Below, piece after piece: positions 36,901 through 51,900 of a stretch of 64,000 nt of DNA. Position numbers and translations under genes: made by a program. Location of the stretch: assembly GCA_965637545.1 (NCBI GenBank), contig OZ281500.1, positions 8,742,001 through 8,806,000 on the forward strand, read 5' to 3'. Numbering within the stretch: the first letter of the stretch is position 1; the number at the start of each line of letters is the position of its first letter. The notes below the pieces were generated by a model, which was not told where the DNA came from, ran no database searches, and saw nothing but the letters and a program-made list of their open reading frames with translations. Source of the DNA: Phallusia mammillata (taxonomy: Eukaryota).

Positions 36901-39900
36901 ATGGCTGTGCGAGCTACAGATAACGATGTTGGTTTGCCAGCAACTCTAAGATACTCGTAAGCGATTTACATTTAGTCTTGTTTTAACTTAATAGGTTTAA
37001 TCACACAGATATGGTTTACAGAATAACAAGTGGAAACACACTCGGATGGTTTAGGATCGAACCACACACTGGTCTCGTGCAGACAACAGAGATGATGCAT
37101 TACGACCAAATAACGGAAAGCGACGGTCAAGTTAAACTTGTCATTTCTGCAAGTGATGAAACGTCCACACCACGAACTACTAGCGTGGAACTTACCGTGC
37201 AACTAACTGATGAAAACGACAACTGGCCAAGATTTGATGAATTTTTGAACGAGGTCAATTTACATCCTGCCTCCACATTGACCAATATAATCCAAGTTGG
37301 AGCTACGGATCTTGATTCCGGAATAAATGGTTCTATCTCGTACACCATAAACTATGTAAAGACATCCACTGGGAACGTACAGGCAACTGGATTATGCTCA
37401 GTGGATGTGGATAACGGCCATATTTCCGTCACTGAAAAATTGGTAAACCAATACACGTCGCCATTCGATATAATGGTTCAAGCTTCTGATGGTGCAAAGA
37501 ATCCACTCAGCAGCAATACGATTGTCAGGGTCACAGTTTCCAGGACTGAACGTTCAGAGCCAAGGTTTTATCCTTCGAATTTGTACGTGGCTTTGTCACC
37601 TGGAGTTTATAACGGTCTTGAAGTCGCAACAGTTAGCGCAGCTGCAAACAATTACAGCGACAACACTTTGCGATACCGTATCAGTCCCACGACAGCGGGT
37701 CTCAATATTAACACAGTAAGTGGTGTCGTAACTGCATTTGGCACCTTAAATGCGGGTGTTCTCCGGACATTTACTGTCAACGTGGCTGACGGCCTTGGTA
37801 ACATAGCTGCAGCCTCTGCAAATATACATCTGGTTGTTGAAGACAATCAACCTATGCTCGAATTTAGCAGAGCCAACTACCATTTTAGGGTATACGAGAA
37901 TGTTGGCAAACGTGTTGTCGGTCAGGTGACCATGAGTGTGCTTAACAATCAATCGAAGGACGTAAGTTTTTCAATCGTAGATGGTGATCTATCAAATATG
38001 TTTGGAATTGATTCCACGTCCGGTGAAATTTCAACCAGTCTTTTGTCAACGTTGGATAGGGAAGTGCAAGCACAGTACACGTTAACTGTTGTTGCAGCCC
38101 TACAATCCGTTGAAAGAAGAGTCACACAGTTTGCAACTACCACTGTGTCGATCGACGTTCTGGATATCAACGACAACATACCTATGTTCACAGGCGATGC
38201 AGTTCTAAATGCTATTGACAGCACCAGTTCCATACAATTTTACACTGATTCTGCAAAAGTAATTCTAACGACAGAAATACCTAAAGTCGGAGAAATGTTG
38301 TATAATGCTTTTGCCGAAGATGTGGACACCGGGGTCAATGGTAATGTACAGTATACAATGTACGACGCTATGGATCTTTTTGCAGTTGACGAACAAGGAA
38401 TCATCTTTATTAAATCCTTGTTTTCTAATGAAGAATTTACTGACGTGGTGCGCGTTACGGCATGTGACGAAGGTGCCCCAGTATTGTGCTCCGAGCTTAA
38501 ACTTTCAATCCACGTTAACCCCTTGCTTGGAAACTCTGTTCCAACCCCAACTTTGACTGTTACTGTACCAGAAAACGCTCCTTCGAACTCAAAAATTGTT
38601 AACATTGCTGCTGCACTTCCTCTTGAATTTACAGCCCCAGTCATCGTAACACAAGAGGGAGTTGAGAACACAGTTAACTTTTCGATTACAGCTGGGAACG
38701 GTGATGATGATTTCGGAATATTTCCGGACGGCCAACTCTTTTTGAAAGCCGCTACCTTGGATCGCGAATACAAGAGCGAATACGATGTTGGCGTGACGAT
38801 AAATCTCGGTAGATATGTCACTAAGAAATGGCAAGTGATAATCCATGTCAGCGACGTAAATGATAATGCACCGAAGTTTCCTCAAAATGAGTATGTGTTC
38901 AACGTGATGGAAAATATGCCTCATGGTAGTTCTGTCGGTGAGGTACGAGCTTTCGATCCCGATGATGCTTTGGCTTCGAGTCTTGTTTATGAATTTGCCC
39001 CATCTTCCTCCAATAAGGCCAGACCCTTTACAATAGACAGATTTAGTGGGAAAATTACCACAAATTGTGTTTTGGACAAGGAAACTTTAGTTGACCTGTG
39101 GGGTGAATTTCTGACAACAAATGAGAGCTTTTCTCTCCAACTACAAGCTACGGACAACAAAGGTGCAAAGAATGTAGGTTCGCATACATCAGTGGTAACC
39201 GTTGAAATCTTTGTTGTGGATGTCAATGAATTCGTACCAGAGTTTGAAAGACAAATCTACTATGCTACAGTTGGCGAAAACAGCCGTAAAGGACAGCTTG
39301 TAACTCAGGTGACGGCCACCGACAAAGATCAAACTCACAACTTCAGATACAAGCTCGTTAACAATCTTTCAAGTTTTCCATTCGCAATAGATACAACGAG
39401 TGGAGCAATAACAGTCCAAGAGACGAATGCTTTGGATCGCGAAACGCAGGATTTGTACACATTCCAGGTAAAAGTTTTGGATGGTGAAGGAGAAGGAGCT
39501 AAAACCGGTTTTGCGACGGTCCAGGTTGTCATTAGAGACTTTAATGACGAGACCCCTGCTTTTCCGGAAGGGTCTCGTGTATTTGAAGTTTCGGAATCAG
39601 TTTCGATGAATTCCGAAGTTGGACGTGTTTTAGCCATCGACGGCGACCAATTCGGCTCTGTTAACAACTTAGTTAGTTACACATTGGCCCCGGACAACAC
39701 TGCTACGGTTTTGGAAACATTCAGCGTCGAAGAGTCCACGGGAAGAATAATCCTGAAGAAAAACTTGGACCGGGAAGAAATTTCATCTTATGCTCTTTCG
39801 GTTGTAGCAAGCGACAATGGAAATCCTGTACGATCGGCTACAGCAACTATTTCCGTATCAGTGGAAGATGCAAATGACAATGCGCCGGAACTACTTGGCC

Positions 39901-42900
39901 AGACACAGTTTCATATCGTTGAGGGGAATTATCCCACAGCTACATCCTTCGCCAAACTGACCACAAGAGATCGTGACGCGGGCAACAACGCACGGATGAC
40001 CTATCAAATGATTCAACAGGAGCCGGAAAACAATCAAGCGCAAATCTCAGTCCATGGCAGCAGCGGCGAACTGTTTGTGGCAGGAACCGTAGACAGAGAA
40101 TCGGTTCTTCCAGGAGGCATGATTCGTGTCAAGATCCGAATAAGTGACAACCCGGCGATCGCAGCAGATACCTTATCCACAGTATCAACAGTGTACGTGA
40201 TCATCGACGATCTGAACGATAGCGATCCTGTCTTTGCTTCCCCCGACGCCGTGTTTATTCCGCGTCGTAGCATGGCTTCGATCGGATACGATATCACAAC
40301 AGTTTATGCTGAAGACAATGACGATGGACCGAACGGATCATTGAGCTATTCATTTTCCAGCCGCAATGGCGGAGGGTCGTTCCTGGTTGAAACAGCTACG
40401 GGAAAATTGGAGTTATTTGAAGCCATGACTACTTCGGGCCCAGTCGTGCAATCGCTAGAAGTTGTGGCTCGTGACCAAGGTAAACAATTGTTGGGGCCTT
40501 TGCAATTTCTCTCAGCTATGTTAATTGTGTACCAAAAGTTCCCAAACCGGTTTCAACTGTACTTCCCATGGTTGTAGCTATACATAACTCACCATTATGT
40601 ACAATCAAAATGTAATTCGCAATTTACAAAATTACCCGTAAGTGTCTGGGCTAAACTTATCCAAACTTCGGCTTACGGAAAACACAACTTGGGCATTTGC
40701 CGACAGTAACTTTTTCTGCTGGTGAATGAACACAAACATTTGTAGTGTACATAATTTGTTAGATTCAATTAGATTGAAAACATGGCGTAGTCTGGGTTAA
40801 AAGGTAGTGCAACCGTTCTCCTTTGTGATTATAGTATTACTGTAGGCTTAAATTAAGACCATGTTTTCAAAATTTCGATAGAACCGCGTAAACTACACCA
40901 GAACGTAAATTCGACAGATCTTTTTTAATTCCATGGCTATATACTTTGATCCGGGAGTCTCCAATTACAACAGAAGGTGTATTGAGATCAATCGTGAAAA
41001 TTTTGCAAGCGCCGTTAATGGGATTGTTTGTGGTTAACATGACGCGTAAAAGGTGTACAATTTCAGGCACAACGAAACTTGTGTATCGCACTTAAGTTAC
41101 ATTATTAAATCCAGGCCGATTCGTGTCGCAGATTATGCGTGTCCCGAATCTAGCTAGTGTTTACAATAAACGCAGCAAAACTTGTCGTCAAAAGCGAGCA
41201 TGTTTGCAAGTTAATGCGGATTTGGATTAGAGTCATTGGCCGGTCAGGCTCCGGCCGAATAAATTTGTTTTTGTACCGGAGGCAGCAAAAAAACATGTCA
41301 TATGCAAAGTACAAACCAAATTGCATACCATGACTAATAACATAGACATATTTTCCGTCGCATCGCAAAAGATGTTGACCATACGTCTTGACATGGTATA
41401 ATGATTGCCCACAAATAGTTAACATGGTCCAAACAATTCACAGGTGTTCCATCAAAGTTCTCCACAATGATGCTGCGCGTGATCATCGGCGATTCGGATC
41501 TCCAAAATGGTCCTGTTTTCGAAAGCTCCTCATATTCAGGGATTATCGAAGAAAACAAATCGCCGGGAAGTTTTGTCGCCAGCGTCTCTGCACCAGGCAA
41601 TCAGGTTCGTGTATTTCTCAACGTATATTGTATCTTAATCTCAAATCTTTTTCCGTAACGAATGACAACCCTTTCGGTACGCTAAGCGGTCGTGAGCAGC
41701 GCAAAAACTCCTGTAAGTCGATTGTAAAATAGTGTTTTTTTCAAAAAATAAGGTTGCGTACTACATCACCGATGTCACCGCAACAACCACAAGCGGACGT
41801 TTAGTACGCCGAAGACCTTTTCGTATCAACGAAAGTAGCGGAGTAATCACAACGCTTATGACACTAGACAGGGAAGATGGGGTGTCATCATATCGCCTCC
41901 AGATCACAGCGGTGGATCTCACCTCAACAAGGTCAAACCCACGGATGAGCACAACGAACGTAAGCACATACGAAGGCTTATTCTCAAGAGGGCATTGGTT
42001 AATAATAAATTCAGTTTGAAAACAGACTGTTTTAAATTTAGCACGGCTTTTACCCCTTAAAATCGCTTTCCCAGTGGTTTTGCAAACGATTTCCAATGAC
42101 GAAAGTAGCCGGTGCACTCTAAGCTTCTGTCGAAAAATAATTACTATGTCATGACTTAACGTCGCCATAAGCACAAGTGCAAGCTTTCAAGCACCTCGTT
42201 CGCACGCAACCCGTTCTTCCCAAGACTTTACGCGACGTACGAAAATCGATTAATCCCTCTGTCTAATGCGCGGGAGCTCTTCAAGTCGCCCATTCAGCAT
42301 CTAGTTTACCACTAATGGTGTCTTGCTTTGATAGTGCTCTTGGTTGCAAAACCCTGTTTCGACCTTTACCATTTCAAGGCCTGGTTGTTATTGTGGCTTT
42401 TGTGTCGGTTTGCGCAAGTGACCACATACGGTTGGACAGTTTCGGGGCGTTGAATCGCAGCGACAGGAGTTTTACTGCATTGTACCTTGTTTTCGACTGG
42501 AACGGGTTTTTGTTTCCGATAGAAAGCAAATCAATAGCCGTGATAAGTTCGATCTGTTCGACACTTTGCTTTCAAGGGGTGGGTAGGCTACAGGGAATTG
42601 AAAAAAGGTTAAGATTGGGTGTCGACTTGACGTTTCAGGAATTCACTCTTCCTAGTATTGGCTTCCTTATTCTTCTTCTGCATACGCTAATTACATCTAT
42701 GGAAAACGCGAACCAAATCTCGTTTTATATCTGCTGTTGATAAGGTAAAACAATTTGCCGAAAACAATTTCGTTTTCAATTAATGTCACAAGTTTATTTT
42801 TGATAAACTTTACGCAGTAGCTCGGCTGTCAAACCAAACCTTTTCGAAACCTAATTTGCCAAGTTACCGAAATCGAATGTGACTGGACAAAGTTCAATTT

Positions 42901-45900
42901 AGTTGCAGCAAACAAAAACTTTGCCAAGCGCTTTCTGGTAGCTTTTTGCATCAAACGATTTCGTGGTAGCAGTATGTTCACCTTCGTGTCGAACAGGTTG
43001 CAAAACTAGTCGAAAGCATGTTATCCACTTCAAACCTTGTTGTTGTTGTAAAGGAGTGCATTTAAGGTCGTGTTAAAATGGTTGGTAAAACATAAAATCT
43101 TCGAGCGTCATCGGTTTAATGGATCGTTCTATCTCAATGCAACATCTGATGGAGTGCAAAGATATCACAGTTCTTTGCGCAATTGTCGAATTTCGCAGTA
43201 TGCTCCGAGAAACCGTTAGACTTGGTCCCACAACCGCAAAATCGGTTTCATTTTTAACAAAATTTGTCGTTCAACTGGTGTTATGCTAAACAAAATACTA
43301 GTTGTTGTTTCAAACAAGTTCTTGAAACAACAACTAGTATTTTGTTTAGCGTAACACCAGTTGAACGACGAATTTTGTTAAATATGCAACCTGGTGGACG
43401 AAACGCATGTTCAGTATTTTCTAAAATCGGTTTCGCTAAAAATAATGACTCCCCAAATTGCTACAACTTCAAACATTAACGCGCAAGTTGTTTACCTCGT
43501 ATCGAACACAAACCTCTGCGGCAAATTCGCGACACAGTTTCCAGTTTTTTTGTAAATACTGGATGAATCACTTTGAGATTTGTCAAATCCCGTTGACATC
43601 TATCAGGACACTGGAGTCAAAACGTGATCTGCCTTGCGGTTTAGTGAAGGTTTTCACGGAAGGCACGAGGCTTGTCATTACCTTCGAAGTAACAGGCAAC
43701 ATAAATTCGGCGCATGGCGACCTGTTTGTTGTTTTGTTTAAACACGCGCGGACTTAGTTGGGTTTGGCGCTCGGCCTGCGAAGTGGACGACGCTCGCCCG
43801 CGGCAAACGATTATAGAACGTCGACAGGCGAGCTGGACCTTCCAAATGTGGGCGCGGCGTAATCACAGACTTTGCCATAATGTTTTCATCTCGCCAGTTG
43901 CCAAGCTCGCGGCGAGAAGATGAACCACTGAAACATGTGCCTCGATTGTTTGCCCTAGACTGCGCTAATGCGAGGTACGAGCCCGCAAGCGTATTTCGAA
44001 GTTCAGGCGCCCACACATGCGCCATAATCAAGGTCGACACGGTTTTTAATATCGTTCCCACGCCTGTTAGTCATGCGGTATCTGTTTTAATGACCGCGAG
44101 CCCAACCAACAGAGTGTACATGTAAATACACAAGATACTGCACAGTGTCGCATTTATTACCTCATTTTTTCGGTGTTTAGGTTGCAGTGACAGTTATGGA
44201 TGTGAACGACAACCCGCCTCTCTTCGGACAAGCTGTCGTGGACGTGATTTTATCCGAGTCGGTACAGGCCGGATACAAAGTGCACACTCTTTCGGCAAAG
44301 GACGCTGATGGCAATAGTCCGATTACATACACCCTACTCTCAAGTCCAGGGCCAACTGACTTTAACATTGATACACAATCGGGAATTATTACCGTTGGTG
44401 AAAACGGATTGGATAGGGAGAGGAATGAAAATTACATTTTGAGAGGTAAATTTCGAATTTGAAATAAACCAATTTCGAGAGCTGGTTTTAAAATGTATAA
44501 TTTGCAGTTGTTGCCTCCGATGGTGAACTGGAATCTTCCATGGAGCTTGTGGTGCGAGTTGTGGACGTAAACGACCACGTGCCCACCTTCGACCAAGCAG
44601 AATATGTATTTATAATAGAAGAAGGTGCAAGCACTCCACCCAATAACGGAAAACTTGTTGGTATAGTCAGTGCGACTGATAAGGACGCAAATGAAAATGC
44701 AATACTCTCATACAGTTTCGCCGAAGGTTAGTGTTGTTTTTAAAATATATCAGTTTAAATATATGTTAAAATACTGGACCTAATAAGCACCTTCCACCGA
44801 TACATTTACAATATTGGTATAACACAAAATGCAAGGCAATGTCAGAAAAATAGCGTTTAAATTTGCGTTTGTAGGCTCCGACCAAGGAAGGTTTAAAATC
44901 AACCAGCACACAGGGACCATCACCATCAACCGATCCTTTACAGAAGTATTCGACCGGGAACAGCGCGACTTGTACCTGCTTTTGGCGAGGGCTACTGATG
45001 GTGGAGGTATAGGTTCATTCTTCACCCTTCCTTAATGTCCAATATGCATTTTAAATAATAATGACTTGGTTATTGAATACAGGCCGGTTCCGCGATGTAC
45101 GAGTGTATGTGAATGTGGCTGACACTAACGATAACGCTCCAATGTTTCACTCAACACAAACCGCATTCGATGTGACGGAAGATAGTGAAGTCGGTTTGGA
45201 GATAGGCACCGTGGAGGCAACTGACAAGGACCTGGGTGAGTCACCTTGAGTGTTTATCAGTGGACTTTACTACGGACTTTTGCTGTGTAAAAAACTGCAG
45301 TTTTTGGTCCGAATAAAAACTCAACAATCAACCTTAAAACGTTTTGTCGCTCATATATTTAGAATTTTAAACCTTTATTTAAAGATTTATGTTAACATAT
45401 CGTGCGTCTGTAGATCGTACCGAAAAAAAGTTCTGTAATACAGTTTTAATGGTGCACCTGAAGTCGCCCTGTTCATTTGAATTAGAGCTGACATACACAT
45501 CGAATGTAGCCTACGCAAGCAAATCCTCTTTAAGCCTTATAAGCTCAACATCTCGCACTCGACCTGTGTTAGCCGTTATCATCCAAACGGACGGATTAAA
45601 GGGATTCATTAATCTTATACTTTACTCAGTGAGAAATTTTTTCCGTCCCAATGCGCTTAGAAGGAACTGTTAGTGGCAATCTGATTTTTATGAACTATCG
45701 CACTTTAATAACGGCCGACGGCGCACTAAATGTATGCTTCTGGGAAAGCGGAGATAAAAGGTGGTTCCGATTGATTTAATTGGCGTCCTTGAAAGGCGGG
45801 CGCATTCCAAATTCGGCTTGTCTCATCTTTTAGGCATTTGTTATTTTCAGGCATTTGCTGGCCCGAAGCTCCAAATAAAAGCATTTTTCGCCTGAAATTT

Positions 45901-48900
45901 CAAGAAGCTACCTTACTTCCAAAAACGTTTTGCTGTTAAAATGTTATCCGACTTTAGAGATAGCATAGATATTGAGCTAAAAAAACCACTATGCCATCAG
46001 TGTTTAAACAAATCGACATTTACTTTCGGCAAAAACGGCATTAAAGTTTATGATGCAATCCAACAGGTTTCAATGGGACTGTGGAATATAAGTTAGTAAG
46101 CGGCAACGCAGGAGGCTACTTCAGGATCGCAATGGATTCGGGAATTATCTACTTACAAAAAATGTTGGACTACGAAACCCAGACAATACACCACTTGACC
46201 GTGATGGCATACGACCTTGCTCCACCTTCTCATCGCCTTAGGTCCTTCCTGGACATCACTGTTCGTGTTCAGAACATAGATGATAATCCTCCACAGCTTG
46301 TAATGCCCACATTGTGGTAAGTTGTCGAACTTCGATGACTTGTGGTCTTGATGTCATACATTTGTTTTTATGCATATGCAGGTACGTTGAAGAAAAGTCT
46401 ATCACCGGTACTGATCTTTTTAAAGTTGGGTCAATCGATGCCGATCTGACAAAGGGTAAGTTATACAATAAAGTATCACACATTGTTAGATGAAACACCC
46501 AATTTCCATGTTTTATCAATTGTAGCTGGTGGCATCTCTGGAAATGTTAGATATTCCATAATATCGCAAATACCGGATAACAGCGCCTTTCTGATCGCCC
46601 CTATAAGCGGCCAAGTTTATGTTAATACTGAGGTTTTATCCCAACGGACGGTCGAAAGTTACAGTCTAACTATTTCAGCAACCGACAAAGGTATTTCTGT
46701 AGCAATCATTAAGCAAGTGTAAGTTTTGAATTTTCACTTCTTGCTTTGCAGGCTCAATGATTCAGCGCAACATTGATATCGTGGTAACAGATAAAAACGA
46801 CAATTCTCCAACTTTCTCGTCGCCCAGCGGGTACACTGTAAATGTAGCTGAAGACGCAGATGTTGGGACCTCTATTCTCACTGTCACAGCTACGGATGAA
46901 GATGTAGCCTGGAACGGCAAGATTCAATATTCCATCGCCGAACCTTCATCGGGAAATTTTAAAATCGACCGCGAATCAGGTAGGAGCTTTTTACGAATTG
47001 GCATTATTTGTTGAGTATTCTACTACACGGACAAAGCGAAGATGCTTCTTCGTTTTTCAAACGTCTGCCAAAAATGGTATTTCGACGATCTAACTTCTGT
47101 TTCCTTGGTTGAGGCCGCACGAACTGGCAAATACCGATGCCTCACCTGTTTTTCCCAAGTAATATTCACCGTGTTTGTGGCTTTTTGCACTCTCACGTGC
47201 GTCCACGGCGGTCGTCTCTTGTCATTACATAGCTGTTTCGCTGAAGTGTTACACTTTTCTACAGGCGTCCTCTATCTGAGCAGAAAGCTAGACCGAGAAA
47301 GTGTCTCCCACGAAACACTCGAGGTCTTGGCACGTGACATGGGCATTCCGCCGCGCTTCACTAACACGACGGTTGAAGTCACAATTACGGATGTAAACGA
47401 CAGACAGCCGCTCTTTGCGCCTCAAGCCTCCGTGCTTAGAGTTAATGAGAGCGCGACATCGGCTGTTGAACTTCTAACGGTAAGCGAAATGGTCCGCTAA
47501 GAAGTACTAATTTTGGGTTAACGCCATGACGCGTATAGTTGTACGTCAGCATATGGTTTATCACATACCAATGTTCTAAATTTGCTGGAAAAGGTGAAGG
47601 TGTAAGGTTCTTGGGTAAATACTGGAGTAATATCTACGTTACCAAAAACCATGGCGTTTGACACAACAAACCTTACAATTACCAAACAAAATTCATAAGC
47701 ATACAGCAGGTCATCTTGAGAATATTTACACAGTTTTCGCTACGGGACGATGATGCTGGAAACGAGGGTGTTGCCGAATACCGAAGTGCAATCGTAACTC
47801 GTGTGGCTCCTGATGGCGCAAGCGAGCGGGATAATAATGTGATGAGTCTTTCCCCATCTGGAATCCTCAGCATTAACCCCGTGGTTGACCGGGAAACCGC
47901 AAGCTACTATTCCGTCCTTATCACAGCTGTGGACAGAGGTATGATCGTGCATCTTATTGTTTTAGTATCATAACAAACAATTGTCAGTGGTTAAACTGAT
48001 GATGTTCAGGGACACCCGCCCTGACCGCATCCGCGTCTGTGATTGTCATTGTTGAGGACCTAAATGAGTTTGCTCCTGTGTTCCGTCCCAATGTTTATCG
48101 TGCAGCTGTATCCGAAGACATATCGCTGGGAAGTCACGTGATAACAGTGAATGCTGTTGATCAGGACGCTGGTGTTTATGGGGTTGTGAGGTGCGTATCA
48201 TACAGCTTCAAATAAATAAATATGGTCAATGTCTCATTCCTTATTGAAATTTTGTTGTTGCAGATATGCGATCGTTCACAATGGAGATTCAACTTTGCCG
48301 TTTGTGGTCGACCCAACTACTGGTATGATAACTACGTCCCGACTCTTGGACAGAGAAATAAAAGATTCGTACACTTTCACTGTATCAGCAATGGACAGTG
48401 ATGGTCAGTGTTTCTGTAATTTTTTTATTTTTGATCTCCGTTTAACCTTTCTGTTTACTTAACAGGTGACAACTCGTTTTCTGCAACTGCTAAAGTTATT
48501 GTTAGAATAACAGACATCAACGATAATGCACCCAAATTTGAGTTAAATACTTACCAGATGTACACCAAACCGGATACAGGTATTACTCGGTTTATTTTGA
48601 CCCCAAAGGTGTCCAAGCTCAAATCTAATATATGATATTTACTTAGGAAACCTTTGTGGAGCGATTTTTGCCCAAGACCCTGATTCGGGTGAAAACGGAG
48701 TCGTCTCATATTGGATCCATCCGGATTATGAAAATCTTCCGTTTGCTATCGACAGAAGTCGTGGAAGTGTAACAACTACAGGCACACTTACAGACTCATT
48801 TTACAATTTTACGGTAAATATTGTAACAAATATGTAATTTTTTAAGTGAGAGACACGAAAAGCATGGCAAATATTGCAAATTCGGAATGCAGGTTATTGC

Positions 48901-51900
48901 TGAAGACGAGGGTATTCCGGTTAAGACGGTTGAAGCGAAGGTCAACATTGAAGTAAACCGAGGTCAATTTCCAAATTTTGTCAGTTCTCCACCTTCCGTG
49001 GCCTTTCTGGAAAACGACAATCCAACCACTGATGTTTTATTCAGTGCCAACACCGCAAGGACTGGAGCGGGGAACATTCTCTTTTATTTAGCAGGTTAGT
49101 AAATTTCCAAAAACCTTGGTAAATCTAAACACATTAATCTGAAAGACTAACACCACTCGGCGAAAAAAAGTAGTGCTAGTCATCTTAAACAATGAAAATA
49201 TTGTTCTCACAGCCACAAGAGAACCCATTTTTAATTGTCGCCGCTGTTGCTTTTTAGGTGGAAATGTTGACGGGAGTTTTACGATTAACGCAAGTTCTGG
49301 AGCTCTCCGTCAAACAAGAGCTTTGGACAGGGAGAAATTTGCCAGCTTTCAGCTTTGGATTGAAGCACGCGACTCCGGAAATCCTCAGCTTTCCTCATTT
49401 GCATCCTTGGCAGTAATGGTACGGCGACGATTTGCCAATACTGTATTAGACTCAGTACGCATAGTTATGCCTGTGTAATTGCTTTAGGTATCAGACATCA
49501 ACGATAACGCTCCGATATTCACCCAGCCCACGTATATTGGCGAAGTTCGTGAAGATGACCTCAGAACAATGATTGTGCAAGTTTCAGCAAGTGATCCCGA
49601 TTCCGGTAAGTCGTGACTTGCTAGAAGTCGCGCAGATGGTTTTAACAGGTATGTTCGTGTTTGTAGGCGTTGGTGGTAGCTTTACGTTCACCATTGACGA
49701 AAGCACCAGCGAAAGTCCGGAAAAGTTTCGTCTCGACTCAAACGGAATTTTAAGAAACATAGTAAGATTGGACCGAGAGGAAAAGGATACGTAAGTTATA
49801 CAATAATAGGTGGTGGATATCATTCCAACCCATGAGACATCATTTCAACCCGTTGCAGGTATTTTCTGACTGTTCGTGCACAAGATCAGGGTTCGGATCC
49901 ACAAACAAGTTCAGTTATTGTGAAAGTGGTCGTAACCGACGATAACGATGAGCGACCAACGTTCTCTCGTCTCTTTAGCGGCGAAATCAAGGAGGATGCT
50001 CAAATCGGAGACTACGTGGTTCAGGTATTGTGTGTTTATTATCTTGTACAAAAACTTAAAAATGCCAAAGTGAGACAACCCCAAATTCCTTGACAGCTTG
50101 CTGCAACCGACGGTGACTTAGGAGTAAACTCCCAAGTGCGGTACCGCCTGGCAGACAGCGCAAACCAATCGTTTGCCATCGATCCAGTTTCCGGCTTGGT
50201 GACTGTCAACAAACAGCTTGACCGCGAGGCGAACCCCGAGTAAGTAAAACAAGCAAAATTGCCTTTACGACCAGCCGGGTCCATCCACTTTGGAGTTGAT
50301 TATTAATTGCGATTCGGCCCCAGGGCACGGTTTACGCGGCTGTTGTTATTACAGGTACAATTTACGAGTAGATGCGACTGACTTGGACTGGACGACTCAT
50401 ACCTCCGTTACAGTGACAGTGACAGATGTGAACGATAACCCGCCAAGGTTGGTAAATGTTTTTGCTTCGACCGGCTTGGTCGGATGCTTATGCGAACCGG
50501 GTTGTGCGGTAGAAGACGAGCCACTCCTTGTCACCTGCTACCAAATGTCTCAACAATTTGTAAACGTGATGTACGACCTGGGATTAGCAAACAGGCGATT
50601 ACGAGCTCCAGTTTTGCCACCCTGTCATTACCGGTAAAAACGCGTCGCCGAGCGGTCGGTGTCGGGAACCACGAAACATTTTGTCCCTGACCTTTTTTGA
50701 TTTGCTTTTTAATGTCTTGCTTCAGGTTTGACCAAGCTGTTTACGTCGTGGGTGTTCCTTCTGGCACTTCAGCAGGTAGCGAACTTGTAAAAGTGACCGC
50801 CACTGATCGCGACCAAGGTGTAAATAAGCAGGTTGGTACGATTTTATTGTCATTCCGGAGCAACACATACATTGCCCGGAAGAGCACCACTTTACCAATA
50901 CGCGCAATTAACGTTCCTAAACTTTATCACGCGCAGATTTATTACACGATGCAAAGCAACGACGAGGCCTTTCGCATCGACCACTCAACGGGCGAAATAT
51001 ATTCCACCAGAAAACTCCACTGCGATCCTTTGCCAGGTAATAATTGCAGTAATCAAATTGCTTACTATTTGGCACGTTATCAACGCAGCTTGTAAATGCA
51101 GAGTGTGATACCAAACACTATCGTGCTTACTTCAGAGTGTTTGTCGTTGTGTTATCATTTTCTCCTGAGTCGTGTTTACCGTTGTTTAAACTGGCAATTT
51201 GTTCGTCGCAGGCCAAGTCAATTCTTGTCCCTGGCGAAAAAATCTGCTTGTTGTAGCCACCGACTGCGGAAGTCCACAGTCTCTGTCGAACGATGTCCAT
51301 GTCACAATTACTATCGTCTCCCCTAATCTTCACCAGCCAGCTTTTGCCAACCTCAACCTGCCAATTGCGGTGTTGCAATCGACGCCAATTGGAGAAAAGG
51401 TGGGAAATGTGAAATATGTACCTATGTTTATCCTGTCGCGAATGCACATTTACGGTCATAAAATGTCTCGTTTTACAATAATCGATATTTAATGACGACA
51501 GTGTTACCGCTTCGTCCAGGTTTTTGCTGCTGAAGCCAAGGACCAAGATGTTGGGACCACAATTACCTACCAGCTGCTTGGCAGCAAGAACTCTTCATTT
51601 TTTGTCATTAATTCAGTAACAGGCGCTGTGAGCCTTGCCGATGACCTCCCCAGCCAATCCTTATCATTACTTTCAGCAACAGTACGTGCTAGCGATAACG
51701 GTTCTCCCAGCCTTTATGCGGAGCTTGATTTGACATTTGAAGTTACTTCACCAAATGCCAACTCGTAAGTTTACTTGAGTTTGCTCGCCCAGTAACTGGT
51801 TGTTTGCTCTTTACAATAATCGACTGTTGTAGGCCAAGATTCGATCGTCCTTCGTACAAAGCACCCGACGTTTCTGAAGGTTCGCCACCCGGAACTGTGG

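Noticed and set aside
37127-40297. Multiple minus-strand ORFs (up to 193 aa) opposite the giant exon
   Set aside because: Typical antisense shadows of a long coding frame, with no independent features.
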